Below are positions 47,868-58,200 of a DNA stretch of 64,000 bases, in pieces. Numbering within the stretch: position 1 is the stretch's first letter; each line of letters starts with the position of its first letter. Source of the DNA: Candidatus Heimdallarchaeum endolithica (GTDB lineage Archaea > Asgardarchaeota > Heimdallarchaeia > Heimdallarchaeales > Heimdallarchaeaceae); assembly GCA_021513715.1 (NCBI GenBank), contig CP084167.1, forward strand, positions 3,040,001 through 3,104,000, written 5' to 3'. Below the pieces are notes generated by a model. It was not told the DNA's origin and did not search any database. It saw only the letters and a list, made by a program, of their open reading frames with translations. The position numbers and the translations under genes are program-made.

Positions 47868-49697
47868 ATGGGTTGGGCAGTAAGGAGACTAGCGAGAGAG
47901 GAAGAAGAAAGAAAAAAATTATACTCTGATAGAGAACTTTTTGTTAAGGTAATCAAAATTTTTGGCTACTATAAAGCAGAAACATTTTCAGTTATTGCAA
48001 TTATAATTACAGTTTCAGTTTTTTCTTCTCTTATCCCCATAATCATGCAAAGAGCGATAGATTCATTCATCTATGTAGGAATATCTACAGAAAGAACTAA
48101 AGGCATCATAATTATGGCCTTTATCTACCTTACTTTCATCTTGATGAATGCAGCTCTAATATTCATTCGAACTGTATTTTTCTCAAAACTAGGTCAAAAA
48201 ATAATCTATAGACTACGAACTGAACTATTTAGAAAACTTCAGTATTTATCCTTTAGTTATTTTACAGAAACAGAATCAGGAAGAACAATTTCTAAAGTTA
48301 CAAATGATGTAGATGCGCTAGGAGAACTATTGACTACAGGATTGATAGATATCTTTGCTGATTTTTTCAGTTTGATTTGGATAGTTGCGATAATGTTTAG
48401 CTACGACATAAAAATGACTTTACTCACTTTTACTGTTATACCTATTCTTATTTTTGTAATATTAATGTTCCAACGTAAAGTGAGAGTAGCATATAGAAAA
48501 ACTAGGGTTGCAATAGCTAAAGTTACAGCTAATCTGCAAGAAAGTATCAGTGGAGTAAAAGTGACTAAAGCATTATCAAGAGAAGAGGAAAATATATCCA
48601 CATTTAAAAATATTAACCAAGAAAATTATAAGGCAAATGTAGAAGCAGCAGGTGTTTCAGCTTTATTTATGCCACTTATACAATTTATCTCTGCGATAGG
48701 AACAACCATAATACTCATCTTTGGTGGAATTTCAATCATTAAATTTGGGACGATAACTATTGGAGAACTTTATGCATTTTTAGAATACTCAAATAGGTTT
48801 TTTATGCCAATAATCAGTTTATTCACCTTCTATACAGTAATTCAATCAGGATTTGCAGCAGCAGAGAGAATATTCGAAGTTTTGGATGAAGAATATACAG
48901 TAAAAAATAGTGAAAATCCAATCATACCAGAAAAAATTGAAGGAAGAATAGAGTTTAGAAATGTTTACTTCTCTTATACTCCTGATGTTCCAATACTTAA
49001 AAACATAAATTTGGTAATTGAAAAGGGAGAAAGTGTAGCTCTTGTGGGTGAAACAGGAGCAGGAAAAACAACAATAACTAAACTCCTTTCACGTTATTAT
49101 GATGTTAATGAGGGAGAGCTATTAATTGATGGAATAAATATTAAAGATATAGAACTCTCTTTCTTAAGAAAAAATATAGCTGTTGTTCCTCAAGATGTTT
49201 TTCTTTTCTCAGGAACAATAATGGAGAATTTGAAGTACGGAAAGAAAGAAGCAACAGATGAAGAAGTGTATAGAGTTTGTAAAACTTTAAGTTTACATAA
49301 ATACATTCTCAATCTTCCAGAAGGTTATGAAACAGATGTAAAAGAAGGAGGATCAAGGTTATCTCTAGGACAAAGACAGCTAATCTCACTAGCTCGAGCT
49401 TTAATCGCTGATCCTAAAATACTTATTTTAGATGAATGTAGTAGTTCAGTTGATCCTATTACTGAAGCGCTAATCCAAAAAGGAATAGACATCTTACTTA
49501 GAAATAGAACCTCAATAATCATAGCTCACAGATTAAGTACGATAAAAAATGCTTCAAAGATAGTGGCTCTTGATCATGGAGAAATAATAGAACAAGGAAC
49601 ACATCAAGAATTGCTTAAAAAAATGGGCAAGTATTACTCTCTCTATGAAACACAACTAACAGCGAATACAATAGTAACTGAGGAAAGCAAGAAGTAG
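47868..49697 (+). CDS. Heterodimeric ABC exporter subunit (TMD-NBD)
   Basis: GETGAGKT, LSLGQRQ, ILDE, AHRLST. Confidence 0.93.
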   Translation: MGWAVRRLAREEEERKKLYSDRELFVKVIKIFGYYKAETFSVIAIIITVSVFSSLIPIIMQRAIDSFIYVGISTERTKGIIIMAFIYLTFILMNAALIFIRTVFFSKLGQKIIYRLRTELFRKLQYLSFSYFTETESGRTISKVTNDVDALGELLTTGLIDIFADFFSLIWIVAIMFSYDIKMTLLTFTVIPILIFVILMFQRKVRVAYRKTRVAIAKVTANLQESISGVKVTKALSREEENISTFKNINQENYKANVEAAGVSALFMPLIQFISAIGTTIILIFGGISIIKFGTITIGELYAFLEYSNRFFMPIISLFTFYTVIQSGFAAAERIFEVLDEEYTVKNSENPIIPEKIEGRIEFRNVYFSYTPDVPILKNINLVIEKGESVALVGETGAGKTTITKLLSRYYDVNEGELLIDGINIKDIELSFLRKNIAVVPQDVFLFSGTIMENLKYGKKEATDEEVYRVCKTLSLHKYILNLPEGYETDVKEGGSRLSLGQRQLISLARALIADPKILILDECSSSVDPITEALIQKGIDILLRNRTSIIIAHRLSTIKNASKIVALDHGEIIEQGTHQELLKKMGKYYSLYETQLTANTIVTEESKK

Positions 49698-49772
49698 AAT
49701 AGTATAATTTTGAGATGAAACAACAACTCCATTTCAAAATCTTTTTTATAACTTAATTTTTTACCTTCTTGT

Positions 49773-51629
49773 ATGAAACTTAAAGAGCTTATTGCTAATG
49801 AAGAAAAAAGAGCTCTGTGTTTAGGAAATGAAGCCATTGCTCGAGGAGCAATAGAAGCGGGAGTACAAGTTTTTGCAGCTTATCCTGGTACCCCTTCTTC
49901 AGAAGTTAGTATGGCTTTAAACGCAGCAGCTCCTGAATTAGGTTTTTACGCTGAATGGAGTGCAAATGAAAAAGTAGCCATGGAAATCGCTTATGCTGCT
50001 TCAATTAGTGGAAAAAGGGCTATGACTGCATGTAAACATGTAGGATTAAATGTTGCTGCTGATGTTTTCTATTCTTTCATGTACATGGGTTGTAAAGCCG
50101 GTTTTGTAACTGTAGTAGGAGACGACCCTCATTGCTTTAGCAGTCAAAATGAACAAGATTCAAGATGGTTAGGTGTATCTGCTAATTTTGTAATAGTAGA
50201 ACCATCAGATCCTCATGAAGCGAAAGAATTCACTAAAAGGGCATTTGATATAAGTGAAAAGTTCGGTGTTCCTATACTCTTAAGATCAACAACAAGAATC
50301 TCTCACGCGCGTGCAGATGTAAAATTCGAGAAATATGATGTTGATTTTACTTATAATAATGGTAACTTTGAAAAAACAAGACAATTTGTTTGTCTTCCTG
50401 CTTTAGCGAGAGCCAACCATCCAAAATTAGTACAAAAGATGAGAGAGATAGCTGAGTGGATACCTGAAAGCGGATTAACAAAAATAGAAGGACCAAAGGA
50501 GCATGAATATGGAATAATAACTTCTGGAATATCTTATGCTTATGTAAAAGATGCTCTACGTAATTTGGGGGTAGATCTACCTATTTTGAAATTAGGAATG
50601 GTTTCTCCACTTGATGAAAAATCAATTTTAGAATTTGCCAAAACTAAAAAACAAATAATATTCATAGAAGAAGTTGATCCTTACTTAGAAGATAGAATTT
50701 CTGCTCTATTTATGAAAAATGGTGTCCAAGTTAAAGTTCATGGAAAATATAATGGAATAACTAACTACTATCACGAGTTGAATTCTTATCTAGTAGCTCA
50801 TGCTATTGCTAAAGTTATAGGAATAGAAACTGAAAATGTTGATAAGATACAACAAGCTGTAGAAGAAACAAAAGAATATGTTCCTATTAGACCACCATTA
50901 TTCTGTGCTGGATGTCAACATAGAGCTACTTTTTATGAATTGTTGAAAGAAGTGAAGAAAAATAATGCTATTTTTGCTTCAGATATAGGTTGTTATTCCA
51001 TGGATCCTTGGGTAACCGATACAATAGTCTGTATGGGTGCATCGATAGGTATGGGTAACGGTTTCTCAAAAGTTATTACAGATAAACCAGTATTCGCAAT
51101 AATAGGAGATTCTACTTTCTTCCACACTGGTCTTCCTGCTCTAGCAAACGCAGTTTATAATAAAGCAAATCTAAATGTGTTAGTACTCGATAATAGAATG
51201 ACTGCGATGACAGGTTTTCAACCTAATCCAACAGAAGATATACCTATAGAAAATGTGGCTAAAGGAATGGGTGTAGATTATGTTGTAGAATTCGACCCCT
51301 ATGACTTTGAAAACTCGAAAAAAGTAATAAGAGAAGCAATAGAACACGAGGGACCAACTGTCCTTATAATGAGAAAAATATGCGCAAATGAATGGTGGAG
51401 ACAAACAAGAAGAAAAGGAATAAAAATAGAGACATATGAAATAGACCCTGAACTATGTACTGCTTGCGGAATATGTTTAGTGCAATATCAATGTCCTGCA
51501 ATCTCTTGGAGTCTAGATACAAATTCAAAAGGAAAAAGATATGCAGTAATAGATCCTTCAATGTGTACAGGTTGCAGCGTGTGTTCTCAGATATGTCCAT
51601 CAGGAGCAATATCTAAAAGAAAGGAGTAA
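49773..51629 (+). CDS. iorA: Indolepyruvate:ferredoxin oxidoreductase alpha subunit
   Basis: GNEAIARGA, YPGTPSSE, KHVGLNVAAD, SQNEQD, GDSTFFH, C-terminal ferredoxin Cys motifs. Confidence 0.95.
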   Translation: MKLKELIANEEKRALCLGNEAIARGAIEAGVQVFAAYPGTPSSEVSMALNAAAPELGFYAEWSANEKVAMEIAYAASISGKRAMTACKHVGLNVAADVFYSFMYMGCKAGFVTVVGDDPHCFSSQNEQDSRWLGVSANFVIVEPSDPHEAKEFTKRAFDISEKFGVPILLRSTTRISHARADVKFEKYDVDFTYNNGNFEKTRQFVCLPALARANHPKLVQKMREIAEWIPESGLTKIEGPKEHEYGIITSGISYAYVKDALRNLGVDLPILKLGMVSPLDEKSILEFAKTKKQIIFIEEVDPYLEDRISALFMKNGVQVKVHGKYNGITNYYHELNSYLVAHAIAKVIGIETENVDKIQQAVEETKEYVPIRPPLFCAGCQHRATFYELLKEVKKNNAIFASDIGCYSMDPWVTDTIVCMGASIGMGNGFSKVITDKPVFAIIGDSTFFHTGLPALANAVYNKANLNVLVLDNRMTAMTGFQPNPTEDIPIENVAKGMGVDYVVEFDPYDFENSKKVIREAIEHEGPTVLIMRKICANEWWRQTRRKGIKIETYEIDPELCTACGICLVQYQCPAISWSLDTNSKGKRYAVIDPSMCTGCSVCSQICPSGAISKRKE

Positions 51630-52238
51630 GTGATGAAAATGACAAAAGAATACAGTATGGTAATCGTTGGCGTGGGAGGACAAGGTATACTCACCATTTC
51701 AGATATCATCTCGATCGCTACAAGAAAGAAAGGATGGCATATACTAGGTTCTGAAGTGCATGGAATGGCTCAAAAAGGAGGTTCTGTAATAACAAATCTG
51801 AAAATAGGTGAAGAACTTTATTCGCCAACTATTCCTGTAGGAGGGGCAGAACTACTAGTAGGATTAGAACAAAACGAAACTTTAAGGTTTATCCAATACC
51901 TTAAACCAGGAGGAAAAGTGATTTCAGCCAAAACTGTTCTTTACCCTGTAGGTTGGAAGAAAAACAAGAAAGCAGCTGATGAAGCTAGAGAAAAAATAGC
52001 AGAGAATCTAGCTAAATTCGATGCAAAAGTGATAATGATTGATTCAGAAAAGTTAGCTCTAGAAGCAGGGTTAGCTCTAGCTCAAAATATTGTCATGCTA
52101 GGAGCATTATCACAAGTTGAAGGTTTTCCTTTAACTGAAGAAGAACTAAGAGAAGCTCTAAAAGAAAGAGTACCTCCAAAATACTTGGAACCAAATCTAA
52201 AAGCTTTTGAACTTGGGATTCAAAGCATGAAATCCTAA
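51630..52238 (+). CDS. iorB: Indolepyruvate:ferredoxin oxidoreductase beta subunit
   Basis: GVGGQG, SEVHGMAQKGGSV, NIVMLGAL, NLKAFELG. Confidence 0.95.
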   Translation: MMKMTKEYSMVIVGVGGQGILTISDIISIATRKKGWHILGSEVHGMAQKGGSVITNLKIGEELYSPTIPVGGAELLVGLEQNETLRFIQYLKPGGKVISAKTVLYPVGWKKNKKAADEAREKIAENLAKFDAKVIMIDSEKLALEAGLALAQNIVMLGALSQVEGFPLTEEELREALKERVPPKYLEPNLKAFELGIQSMKS

Positions 52239-52329
52239 TTCTTTTTTTTTATTATATTAATTTTGTATTCAATATTGAAAATATAAGAAAAAATTGAAGT
52301 AAAAGAAAAAGAAAAAATAGCTATCCAGC

Positions 52330-52638
52330 TTATTTTAATAAATCTTCTTCTTCAGGAAGTCGAACAGTATCAATAATCTGCTCTCCAACTACAACTTCAT
52401 CTACACTGTGGATAGAACAACCATAGTCACGTAAAGTTTCTTCTATTAATTCATAGTCTAGATCTTGTCCAACCATAGTTACAATAATCCCTTCAGTACT
52501 TCTATCAGTTTCAGTTCGAATGATGTTAACAGAATCTAAACCCTCAAGTTTACCTAGGTCAAGAGCTAAAACATCTATTCTAGGTTGATGAGGTTTCAAA
52601 ACATCCAATACTAATCTTCTAATTCTTGGATCCTTCAT
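52330..52638 (-). CDS. DUF211 family protein
   Basis: IRRLVLDVLKPH...SIHSVDEV. Confidence 0.9.
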   Translation of the reverse strand: MKDPRIRRLVLDVLKPHQPRIDVLALDLGKLEGLDSVNIIRTETDRSTEGIIVTMVGQDLDYELIEETLRDYGCSIHSVDEVVVGEQIIDTVRLPEEEDLLK

Positions 52639-52736
52639 TTTCTTTTACCAGTTAAATATTTAGTAAAGAACAAGAAAAAATCAAGAATATAAGTATTATT
52701 ATTAATCGATAAGCAGTTGTTGAACAAGAAAAAAAA

Positions 52737-53516
52737 CTATTTAGAAAGTTTTAGTTTGAAAATTCCAGGAAAATAATATTGACCTGTTTCTTCATCTTCA
52801 ATAGCCAATCCAACTTCTACCATCTTAGATAATGTGTCTAGTGCTCTTTCTGAAGACCAACCTAAATGGGAAACAAGAATATCTTTAGTTAGAGATTCTA
52901 ACCCTGTAGCTAACTGAAGAACAGCACGAAAATCAGAAGATGTTTCCAAAGGCTTGAATCTGATTAATACTTCATCTTCTCCAAGGTCAACTTCAGGGGG
53001 AATGACTTTATCTTTCTGGAGAGAGCGAATAGCTCTGATGATGTGACTAGGACTAACTTCCCAATTAGGACGAGTTTCTTTAAAGTAATTAATAAAATTA
53101 CCTAAAGTAATAGCTCCACCAAATTCATCTAATTCCTCATTACCGATTAAAAGTATTTCTTGTCTGAGTTTCTGTTCAAACCCTTTACTACCAAAAAGAA
53201 CAGGATTTTTCATTTTTCCTGCAGTACCAATTGAACCACTAAGTCCAGCTTGTTTGCGCAACTCCATGATTTTATTAACTAAAAGTTTGGAAGATTTTAG
53301 GAGTCTCTTTGATTCCTTTTCAACCCTAATAATTCCTTCTTTGAGAATCTCTTTACGCTTTTGCTTATCTTTTTCTTGGGTGGAAACTAAATCAGTATCA
53401 AACGCTTTATACGCTTGTGAAAGAGAAGAACGAAAATCATCATTAGAAATTTCTTCAGTTTCTTTTTTATCGTCCTTGCTTTCTTTATTCCCTTTTCCTT
53501 TTCCCATTAGTATCAT
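52737..53516 (-). CDS. ESCRT-II Vps22/Vps36 (EAP30)-like tandem winged-helix protein
   Basis: GGAITL, VSPSHIIRAIRSL, VLQLA, LGWSSERALDTL..MVEVGLA...YYFPG match Vps22/SNF8 motifs (GGLITL, DLIRAIKKL, VLQLA, LKWETERA, YWLP). Start at 53516 or 53507. Confidence 0.85.
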   Translation of the reverse strand: MILMGKGKGNKESKDDKKETEEISNDDFRSSLSQAYKAFDTDLVSTQEKDKQKRKEILKEGIIRVEKESKRLLKSSKLLVNKIMELRKQAGLSGSIGTAGKMKNPVLFGSKGFEQKLRQEILLIGNEELDEFGGAITLGNFINYFKETRPNWEVSPSHIIRAIRSLQKDKVIPPEVDLGEDEVLIRFKPLETSSDFRAVLQLATGLESLTKDILVSHLGWSSERALDTLSKMVEVGLAIEDEETGQYYFPGIFKLKLSK

Positions 53517-53762
53517 GAGAAAATAAACAGCATTATTTAAAAAACTATTCAATTCAAAAAACCAGCATTTTTCAGAGGTAAAAAAAACTATTTGACTTGT
53601 TCTAGCTACTCTAGTTAATTTCTGTTTAATCCAAACATTAAAAACGTTTGTAGCTAAAGAAGCTCTAGGTCTAAAGAATATTAAGATTAGGATTTAAAAA
53701 TATTAAAACAAAAATCAAAAATATATTAATAAATTAGAACAGAAACAAATAAACAATTTATA

Positions 53763-55130
53763 GTGATGCTTATGAAAAATTTACAAATTACTGCTTACGG
53801 CGCAACCAACTTCGTAGGAAGAAGTGCTTTTACAATAAGCGATAAAGATAGAACAGTGATGTTAGACTGTGGAATAGAACTAGTGCCAAAGAAACTGTCT
53901 ATAGCACCAAAAGGTGTAGATGCAATAGCTAAAAATGTAGACGCTTTTTTGCTCAGCCATGCACATATCGACCATTCAGGATATGTTCCTAAACTAGCTC
54001 AGAAAGGGTATAGAGGAAAATTCTATATGACCCATCCAACAAAAGATATAGTTTTTAGATTATGGTTAGATCATCTGAAAATAGAGGGAGAAAGACATTG
54101 GACAGAAGATGATCTGGATAAAACATTCAATAGAATAGTGACAAAAAAATATCATGAAAAATTCAAAATAGCAGATGGAATAACTGCAGAATTTATAAAT
54201 GCTGGACATATTTTAGGTGCAGCGCAAATTTTAATAGATTGGGACGGACAACTGATATTATATTCAGGAGATATAAACGACAGACAAACACCTTTCTTTG
54301 ATGGATTTGAATATCCAGAAGAAGAAGTGGATATTCTAATTACAGAAAGTACAAATGGAGATAGATATGTCCCAGAGAGAAAAAAGATAGATGTAGGTTT
54401 TAGATTACTCTCAAAACAAGTAGCAGAAAGCGGAAATAAGATGCTTCTACCCAGTTTTGCAGTAGGAAGATCACAAGAACTACTAACAACTTTAGCTTTT
54501 GACGATGATATAGACGATGTACCAATATATACTGATGGAATGATAAACATGATGAATACACTAACAGAAGCGTATCTAACAAAAGATTGGGTGTCTGATA
54601 GATTTCTGAAAGAATTGAAAAGTAGAAAAATGAATTCACCGTTTGATAAAGAGAATATTATTCCAATAAATAGAGCTCAATCTCCACATCAATTCAGAAG
54701 ACAAATAGCTAAAAGTAAAGAAGGAGCAATTATAGTAACAACTTCAGGAATGCTAGAAGGAGGACCAATACATACTTACCTGGATTTCTGCGCAGGAAAT
54801 GAAAACAATACACTAGGTTTCACAGGCTATCAAGTAGAAGGAACAATAGGGAGAGAGTTATACGATGGAGCAGAAGAAATAACAATATTTAATGATAGAA
54901 GATTTAATCACCCGAAAAAAATAAAGGTAAAATGTAAAATAATGAAATTCCCATATTCAGGACATAGTTCAGCAGAAGGGCTAGCAAAATACGTGAAAAA
55001 AATAAATGCAAAAAAAGTAATTCTAGTTCATGGAGTAGAAAAGAATCAATTGTATCTAAGAAACTTGATAAAAGAATACTCCCATCCCATAACTCTAGAA
55101 GAAAATAAACCAGAAGTATTTAAAATGTGA
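53763..55130 (+). CDS. beta-CASP metallo-beta-lactamase ribonuclease (no KH domains, aCPSF2-like)
   Basis: HAHIDH, AGHILG, YSGD, TEST, GRSQE, SGML.GG, SGHS, LVHG. Confidence 0.92.
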   Translation: MMLMKNLQITAYGATNFVGRSAFTISDKDRTVMLDCGIELVPKKLSIAPKGVDAIAKNVDAFLLSHAHIDHSGYVPKLAQKGYRGKFYMTHPTKDIVFRLWLDHLKIEGERHWTEDDLDKTFNRIVTKKYHEKFKIADGITAEFINAGHILGAAQILIDWDGQLILYSGDINDRQTPFFDGFEYPEEEVDILITESTNGDRYVPERKKIDVGFRLLSKQVAESGNKMLLPSFAVGRSQELLTTLAFDDDIDDVPIYTDGMINMMNTLTEAYLTKDWVSDRFLKELKSRKMNSPFDKENIIPINRAQSPHQFRRQIAKSKEGAIIVTTSGMLEGGPIHTYLDFCAGNENNTLGFTGYQVEGTIGRELYDGAEEITIFNDRRFNHPKKIKVKCKIMKFPYSGHSSAEGLAKYVKKINAKKVILVHGVEKNQLYLRNLIKEYSHPITLEENKPEVFKM

Positions 55131-55277
55131 ACCTTCTTTTTTATTTTGTAGAGATATAATTAGGATTTATTTATCAATTTAGTGAAAAATATCAGAAAAA
55201 GAAAAGGAATAGCCAGTTCTATATTATAAACAAAGATAAGAGAAACATTTATTAAAAAAAAATTAGCATTAATAACC

Positions 55278-58200
55278 ATGTTGTCTGATGCCAAAATTTC
55301 TTTTTTACTTATTTTAATAATTTTACCTAGTTTTACTATAATGTATGAAAATGTTAATATTCAAACCTCCAACTTGAAAAATGAAGAGAATAATAAAAAT
55401 AAAATTTATTCGTTAAATAATAGTGATAACAAAAAAATAAGTAGAAATACGAATCAAAATAATTATAATAATATAAGGTATAACACAAAAAATAATGATT
55501 TTGATAAAATCTATTTTTCTTCTTTACCAGAAAAAGCTAAATGGGTAGAAAGAAATGAATCTTTTACTGGTAGAGTTTTATACTCATTATGTGATTTAGA
55601 TGAAGATAAAATCCCAGAAATTATTACATTTTCTGATGTTAATGGACAAATTCAAGATAGAAGAGAACCAGGTTACACTAAATTTTTAGAATATAATGAA
55701 ACTACAGGAACTTTTTCTAATGAACTTTTGAGTATTAGCACTATAGGACCAACTATTTACTATCCTGTTGAAGCATATACAGATAACGAAGCATATCTAC
55801 TAGAAAAAACATTTTCTGATAATTATCCTGATAACATTTTTGTCTGGAAAAAGTGGAATGGAACTGGACTTGTAAATGTTTCTTCAGAAACTTACATTAA
55901 GAATGATGGATTATATGATTGTGATAGTTATGATTTTGACTTAGATGGAAATGTAGATTTAGTTTGTAATTGGGGTTATTACACTGGTTTATGGACTAGA
56001 TTAGAATTAGAAAATGGGCTTTTTTCTTCTACTGATTATTCATTTTATAATGGTGGTAGATCTATTTTTGTGAGTGATTTAGATAACGATGGTAATCCAA
56101 ATGTAGCTGTATTATACGCATCTGGTAAAATAAACATTTATAATTATAACCCAAGTATAAACGATTTCCAATTTCAACAACAAATATCAGGAATTAGCTC
56201 ACTAAAAGTTATGTATCCATGGGATTATGACCATAATGGTTATACTGATATTATAGTTGTTTCCACACCGTCTGAAGCTGTTATTTATTCTTATGAATGG
56301 GATAGTACTTCTTCATCTTATATCCAAAAATTGTCATATGCAATTCCTGGAGCAACAGGTAGTCAATGGACTGGAATTCCTCGATACTGTGATTTGCTAG
56401 GAAATGGAGAAATAACAATGGTTTTTGATATTGTTCGTAATTCTCGTTCAGAGATAGGCTTTATCACTTACGAAAATAATAACTTTGTTTTTAATTCCAT
56501 CTACAACCATACAGATAGTTCAAAAATTTTTCCTATAACAGCTCAAATTGATGATGATGCAGAAAGGGAAGTACTGGTAAACTATGAAAAGAATGTAGAT
56601 GAATATTATACAAAAATATTAGATTTGGAAGCGTTTAATGAGAGTCGGTATTTTGAAACATTTGATACTAATATTTTTGATTCTTCACCAAATTCACTGT
56701 ACTCTTGGAGTAAAAGTGGCAGTAGTGTGATTGTATCAGATGGGCTGTTAAAAATTTTGGCTGATGGAACAAATGATGATTATGCAAAAATTAGTTTGTC
56801 TAATGAAACCAGATCTATTCAGATTAGAGCAAGAGTAACATTAAATGGCGATAAATATTCATATCCAGAAATAATAATAAAAAATGACAATGCTGATATA
56901 ATAGCTAATTTCACTTTTAGTCAAATTGATGGATGGAGATTACCTCAATTAGGTTATTTAAGAGATTATAGAGGCCCAACAGTAAAAGGTGTTTGGTATG
57001 ATTTAATGATCAATTTTGGGGATAATTCATTAACATTTTATACAAAAAAACCTTATCAAGATTATTGGAGATATATTGCCAGATTCAACATTAGTGGTAA
57101 TTTGAACAATTTATTCTTTTATCAACGTAATAATGCAGAAATAGAAATTGAATCTGTAGATATATATTATAGTGGATATGATACTGATTCTGATGGTTTG
57201 ACTGATAATGATGAGCTTAACATTTATTTTACTGACCCTAATAATAATGACACTGACAGTGATGGTATGTCTGATGGTTGGGAGGTTGGTAACAGTCTGG
57301 ATCCTTTAACTGATGATTCTTCATTAGATCCTGATAGTGACGCTTTAACTAACTTGAATGAATATCAAGCTGGTACTGACCCTAATGATTCTGATACCGA
57401 TAATGATGGTTTAGTCGATGGTGATGAGGTTAATACTTATTTTACTGACCCTACTGTTAGTGACACTGACAGTGATGGTTTAGTCGATGGTTGGGAAGTA
57501 GACAACAGTTTGGATCCTTTAACTGATGATTCTTCATTAGACCCTGATAGTGACGCTTTAACTAACTTGGGTGAATATCAAGCTGGTACTGACCCTAATG
57601 ATTCTGATACCGATAATGATGGTTTAGTCGATGGTGATGAGGTTAATACTTATTTTACTGACCCTAATAATAATGACACTGACAGTGATGGTATGTCTGA
57701 TGGTTGGGAAGTAGACAACAGTCTGGATCCTTTAACTGATGATTCTTCATTAGACCCTGATAGTGACGCTTTAACTAACTTGGATGAATATCAAGCTGGT
57801 ACTGACCCTACTGTTAGTGACACTGACAGTGATGGTATGCTTGATGGTTGGGAGATAGGTTGTGGTTTAGACCCTCTTGTTGATGATTCTTCATTAGACC
57901 CTGATAACGATGGATTAACTAACTTGGATGAATATCAAGCTGGTACTGACCCTAATGATTCTGATACCGATAGTGATGGTTTAATTGATGGTGATGAGGT
58001 TAATACTTATTCTACTGACCCTAATGATTCTGATACCGATAGTGATGGTTTAATTGATGGTGATGAGGTTAATACTTATTCTACTGACCCTACTAATAAT
58101 GACACTGACAGTGATGGTTTAATTGATGGTGATGAGGTTAATACTTATTCTACTAACCCTGTTGATTCTGACACTGATTCTGATGGACTAACAGATGGTG

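Noticed and set aside
46068-49697. Non-canonical Walker B, switch and signature residues in the ABC exporter pair
   Set aside because: This is the standard degenerate-site pattern of heterodimeric exporters (TmrAB/TM287-288 type).
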